A stretch of DNA of 64,000 bases, from NCBI GenBank assembly GCA_965552055.1, contig CBEVQO010000002.1:224001-288000 (forward strand), read 5' to 3'. Source of the stretch: an uncultured bacterium (GTDB taxonomy: Bacteria > Hydrothermota > UBA3073 > NMUJ01 > CBEVQO01). Under the pieces are notes generated by a model that searched no databases, had not been told where the DNA came from, and saw only the letters and a program-made list of their open reading frames with translations. This document shows, one piece after another, positions 61,382 through 64,000 of the stretch. Both the position numbers and the translations under genes were made by a program. Position 1 is the stretch's first letter, and the number at the start of each line of letters is the position of its first letter.

Positions 61382-62817
61382 TTTTCATTCCCAAGATAAA
61401 CTTTTTTCCAGTATTCTTCTGTCATCTTACCTATTATTTCACCATATTCTATCAATCCTTTTCTGTATTCTTCATCCTGCAATGCATCTTCTGCTTCCTT
61501 ATAAATTCCTCTTGCCCCTGTTTTCTTTATTATTTCGTAAATTTTCGCATAATGGTCTCTTATTATACACTGCCTTAACAAATTTCCTGCTTTATCCGGT
61601 GGCTTTGCATAGTAATATTCATCCTGCCATTTTCTTATTTCTTTAAAAAATGGAGTATTTATAGCGTCATCAAGATTTCCTCCTTTTTTATAAAGTTCTT
61701 TGAGATTTGTAACAGAATATGGTATGAACACACATGGCATTACATCAGCATCCCAGTTTATGTGGAAATATCCGCAAGCCCTTGCACCTGATATGCATCC
61801 GTCACTCGCAGTACCTGAATTCCAGAAATCAGCAATAAAATAACGCTTCTCCCTTACTAAACGCCATATATGATTGAATAACTTTAAGCGCTGCTCGGGC
61901 GTCGGCAACATGGATAAAGTATATTCCCTTCCTATCGGCATATAGTGGAAAACCCAGGCGTATATTGCTCCCTGTTCTTCAAAATAGAAATCCCAGAAAT
62001 CATCACGCAAAAGTATATCGGCATTTTCCCTGTAAGCAGTATAAGAAATACCAAAAGGCACTCCTTCTTCCCTCATATATTCCATCGCCGACATTATCTT
62101 TTCAAATACTCCTTTGCCCCTTCTTTCATCTGTTTCTTTCTTAAATCCCTCCACTGAAACTGCTGGCGTTATATTTCCGAGTTCTGACAATCTTTTTGCC
62201 ATTTTCTTATCAATAAGCGTCGCATTAGTATACATCAGGAAGTAACAATCGGAATGTTTCTCTGCAATATCAAGAAATGTTTTACCCTGACTGCGATACA
62301 AAAGGGGTTCGCCTCCTGAAATAACAAAGAAATTGGAGCCCCACAAATCTTTCGCTTCCTGAATTATTCTGTCAAAAATATCAAATTCAAGATGATTTGC
62401 TCTCTTCTCGGATGCCGCCGCATAACAGCCCTTACAGTGAAGATTACATGCCCATGTAGGACTTATCGTGATAAACATTGGGGGACGCCTTCCATATTTC
62501 TCCATGTATAATCTCCTTTTATAGAATCCCCCGAAAAATACATTTCCAAGAAACACTTTAAATAGTCCTTCGGCTGATTTGCGTGATAAATGCCCTCTTT
62601 TAAATGCCCTGTTAATGCTGTGTAAAAGTGCCCTACCCATATAGTATTTATCCATCTGCACCCTTTTGGGACGATTATCAGGGTTGCCTATTATCAAATC
62701 TTTGTATATCTTCCATTCCATCAATTTCAATATATTTTCTCTTGCGTAATTATTGGAAAGTGCAATGGCTCCTGCTTTTATGATAAAGTCAGCAGTTAAT
62801 TTTTGCGTCCTTCTCAT
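61378..62817 (-). CDS. Radical SAM protein with SPASM/twitch-like C-terminus
   Basis: CNLHCKGCYA, SGGEP, GCISG, MPCVF. Confidence 0.9.
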   Translation of the reverse strand: MRRTQKLTADFIIKAGAIALSNNYARENILKLMEWKIYKDLIIGNPDNRPKRVQMDKYYMGRALLHSINRAFKRGHLSRKSAEGLFKVFLGNVFFGGFYKRRLYMEKYGRRPPMFITISPTWACNLHCKGCYAAASEKRANHLEFDIFDRIIQEAKDLWGSNFFVISGGEPLLYRSQGKTFLDIAEKHSDCYFLMYTNATLIDKKMAKRLSELGNITPAVSVEGFKKETDERRGKGVFEKIMSAMEYMREEGVPFGISYTAYRENADILLRDDFWDFYFEEQGAIYAWVFHYMPIGREYTLSMLPTPEQRLKLFNHIWRLVREKRYFIADFWNSGTASDGCISGARACGYFHINWDADVMPCVFIPYSVTNLKELYKKGGNLDDAINTPFFKEIRKWQDEYYYAKPPDKAGNLLRQCIIRDHYAKIYEIIKKTGARGIYKEAEDALQDEEYRKGLIEYGEIIGKMTEEYWKKVYLGNEK

Positions 62818-62835
62818 AATTCCCTCCTTTGTTTT

Positions 62836-62862
62836 AAGATAATGAATTTACAGAAAAGTCAA
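62836..62862 (-). promoter_or_regulatory. Promoter TTGACT-N15-TATCTT
   Basis: Upstream of SD AGGAGG of the radical SAM gene. Confidence 0.65.
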
Positions 62863-62880
62863 GCAAAAATTTGTTTATTT

Positions 62881-63041
62881 TTAGCCCCTCCTCCGCTGTC
62901 CCCGCCTTCCCGATTAAGTCAGCCCACTACTACAGCTAAAAATACGCAAATAGCAAATAAAGCCACAAACCCTGCCACAACCTTAAACCCGTAATGGGCT
63001 GACATATCAACCCATATGTAACAGGCTCGCTTTCGCTCGCA
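62881..63041 (-). repeat. Structured intergenic element, short copy
   Basis: Same ends as 33932-34398; inverted repeat 62918-62930/62991-63003. Confidence 0.75.
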
Positions 63042-63066
63042 TTAAAAATTTAATAAAAAATTAAAA

Positions 63067-63588
63067 TTATTTTAATAAGTTCAAAATCGCAGTAATTAAA
63101 GTGCCAACTATCCCTGATATTGCACCTATCAATAGCCACATTAATTTGTCAATCCTCCTGTTAGTTTCATCTATCCTCCTGTTAGTTTCGTCAACCCTCC
63201 TGTTAGTTTCCGCTGTCCTTTCATCAATCCTCTTATTAGTTTCATCTATCCTCTTATTAATTTCTGCTGTCCTTTCGTCTATTCTCTTATTAGTTTCATC
63301 TATTCTCTTGTTAGTTTCATCTATTCTCTTATTAGTTTCAACAATCTTTCTGTTAGTTTCTGCTGTCCTTTCATCTATTCTCTTATTTATGTCATTTATC
63401 GCTTTCTGGAACTCTTCTTTAGTCACGAATTTATCTAGTTTCTCTTCTATTCTTATCACCCTACCTGCTGTGCTCAGCTCAAATTTCTTGAACATGTCTT
63501 CTTCTACCAATGCCTCGGTAAGAATTTCTTTCACTACTTTCCTCGCCGCTTCTTCTAACCTCTCTTTCTTAATTTTTACTTCAGACAT
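63067..63588 (-). CDS. Tail-anchored coiled-coil repeat protein (DUF1640/MempromCC-like)
   Basis: FVTKEEF neck motif, RIDETNK heptads and RIDERTAETNR hendecads, C-terminal TM, SD AGGAGG. Confidence 0.8.
   Translation of the reverse strand: MSEVKIKKERLEEAARKVVKEILTEALVEEDMFKKFELSTAGRVIRIEEKLDKFVTKEEFQKAINDINKRIDERTAETNRKIVETNKRIDETNKRIDETNKRIDERTAEINKRIDETNKRIDERTAETNRRVDETNRRIDETNRRIDKLMWLLIGAISGIVGTLITAILNLLK
63147..63385 (-). repeat. 21-bp/33-bp coding tandem repeats
   Basis: Plus-strand TTAGTTTCATCTATYCTC(T/C)T units seen directly. Confidence 0.85.
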
Positions 63589-63605
63589 CTTTCCCTCCTT
63601 AATGA

Positions 63606-63632
63606 ATATTAATCACAATTCTGATTTGTCAA
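63606..63632 (-). promoter_or_regulatory. Promoter TTGACA-N15-TAATAT
   Basis: Upstream of SD of the 63588 gene. Confidence 0.7.
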
Positions 63633-63639
63633 ATAATTT

Positions 63640-63675
63640 TGTAATAAGCTCGGCTACACTTCGCATTAAAAATTT
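63640..63675 (-). repeat. Degenerate third copy of the element's hairpin end
   Basis: TGTAATAAGCTCGGCTACACTTCGCATTAAAAATTT versus TGTAACAGGCTCGCTTTCGCTCGCATTAAAAATTT. Confidence 0.6.
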
Positions 63676-63686
63676 TTATTTTATAC

Positions 63687-63713
63687 TTGACGAAAAAATA
63701 ATTTCATTAAAAT
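63687..63713 (+). promoter_or_regulatory. Promoter TTGACG-N15-TAAAAT for acpP-fabF
   Basis: Upstream of SD AAGGAGG. Confidence 0.7.
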
Positions 63714-63734
63714 AGGGTGCAAAAGGAGGGTGTT

Positions 63735-63974
63735 ATGGCAGTAAGGGATAAAGTAATTGATTTAATAGCGCAGCAACTTGGAGTCGAGAAATCCAAAATA
63801 ACGGATGATGCCAAATTCGTTGACGACCTCGGAGCAGATTCACTCGATATAACCGAGATGATAATGAAACTGGAAGAAGAATTCAAAATCGAAATTCCCG
63901 ATGAAGATGCACAGAAGCTCGACACGGTTGGCAAAGCAATTGAATACATTGAAAAGAAAGTAGCGGGTAAATGA
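63735..63974 (+). CDS. acpP: Acyl carrier protein
   Basis: [22 protein letters not shown]. Confidence 0.97.
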   Translation: MAVRDKVIDLIAQQLGVEKSKITDDAKFVDDLGADSLDITEMIMKLEEEFKIEIPDEDAQKLDTVGKAIEYIEKKVAGK

Positions 63975-64000
63975 GAAAGGTTGTAATAACGGGCATAGGA
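63971..64000 (+). CDS. fabF: Beta-ketoacyl-ACP synthase II, first 10 codons only
   Basis: [14 protein letters not shown] overlap with acpP. Confidence 0.8.
   Translation, partial: MRKVVITGIG

Noticed and set aside
63101..63715. 204-aa LLLVSS-repeat ORF (and 4094-4480 minus)
   Set aside because: Antisense shadows of repeat-containing genes that have an SD on the other strand.
1..64000. Prophage, IS transposase, rRNA or alternative genetic code
   Set aside because: No phage structural, integrase, transposase or rRNA sequence recognised; conserved genes end normally at TAA, TGA and TAG.

Overview
Gene-dense, AT-rich bacterial chromosome segment. The host is a diderm (lptC-lptA-lptB) with T9SS-type/FlgD-like C-terminal sorting domains and many E/K-rich, archaeal-type genes. 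This suggests a thermophilic FCB-related lineage such as candidate phylum WOR-3 (inference only). Contents in order: FG-GAP surface protein, hutU, EF-G paralogue operon (PLD nuclease, MBL hydrolase, dprA, GT), a ribosomal cluster running only from rplD to rpsM, aminotransferase, lpt-rpoN operon, polX, a four-subunit 2-oxoacid:ferredoxin oxidoreductase operon interrupted by HEPN-MNT, a type II R-M pair, galT, fabZ/TPR operon, two secreted CARDB-like proteins, yidD cluster, tRNA-Val(CAC)-recN, radical SAM genes, acpP-fabF. Most notable observations: (1) ribosomal protein S14 carries an in-frame insert that aligns without gaps to sigma70 domain 3; (2) 17 of 18 TTGACA/TATAAT-like promoters found have a 15-bp rather than 17-bp spacer, and several are leaderless; (3) a strand-specific structured intergenic element with tandem-GA hairpins and variable interior occurs 2-3 times; (4) a set of envelope proteins has ultrashort signal-like N-termini; (5) exported proteins are rich in D-S/T-hydrophobic O-glycosylation sequons. 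All calls come from reading the sequence by eye; no searches were run.
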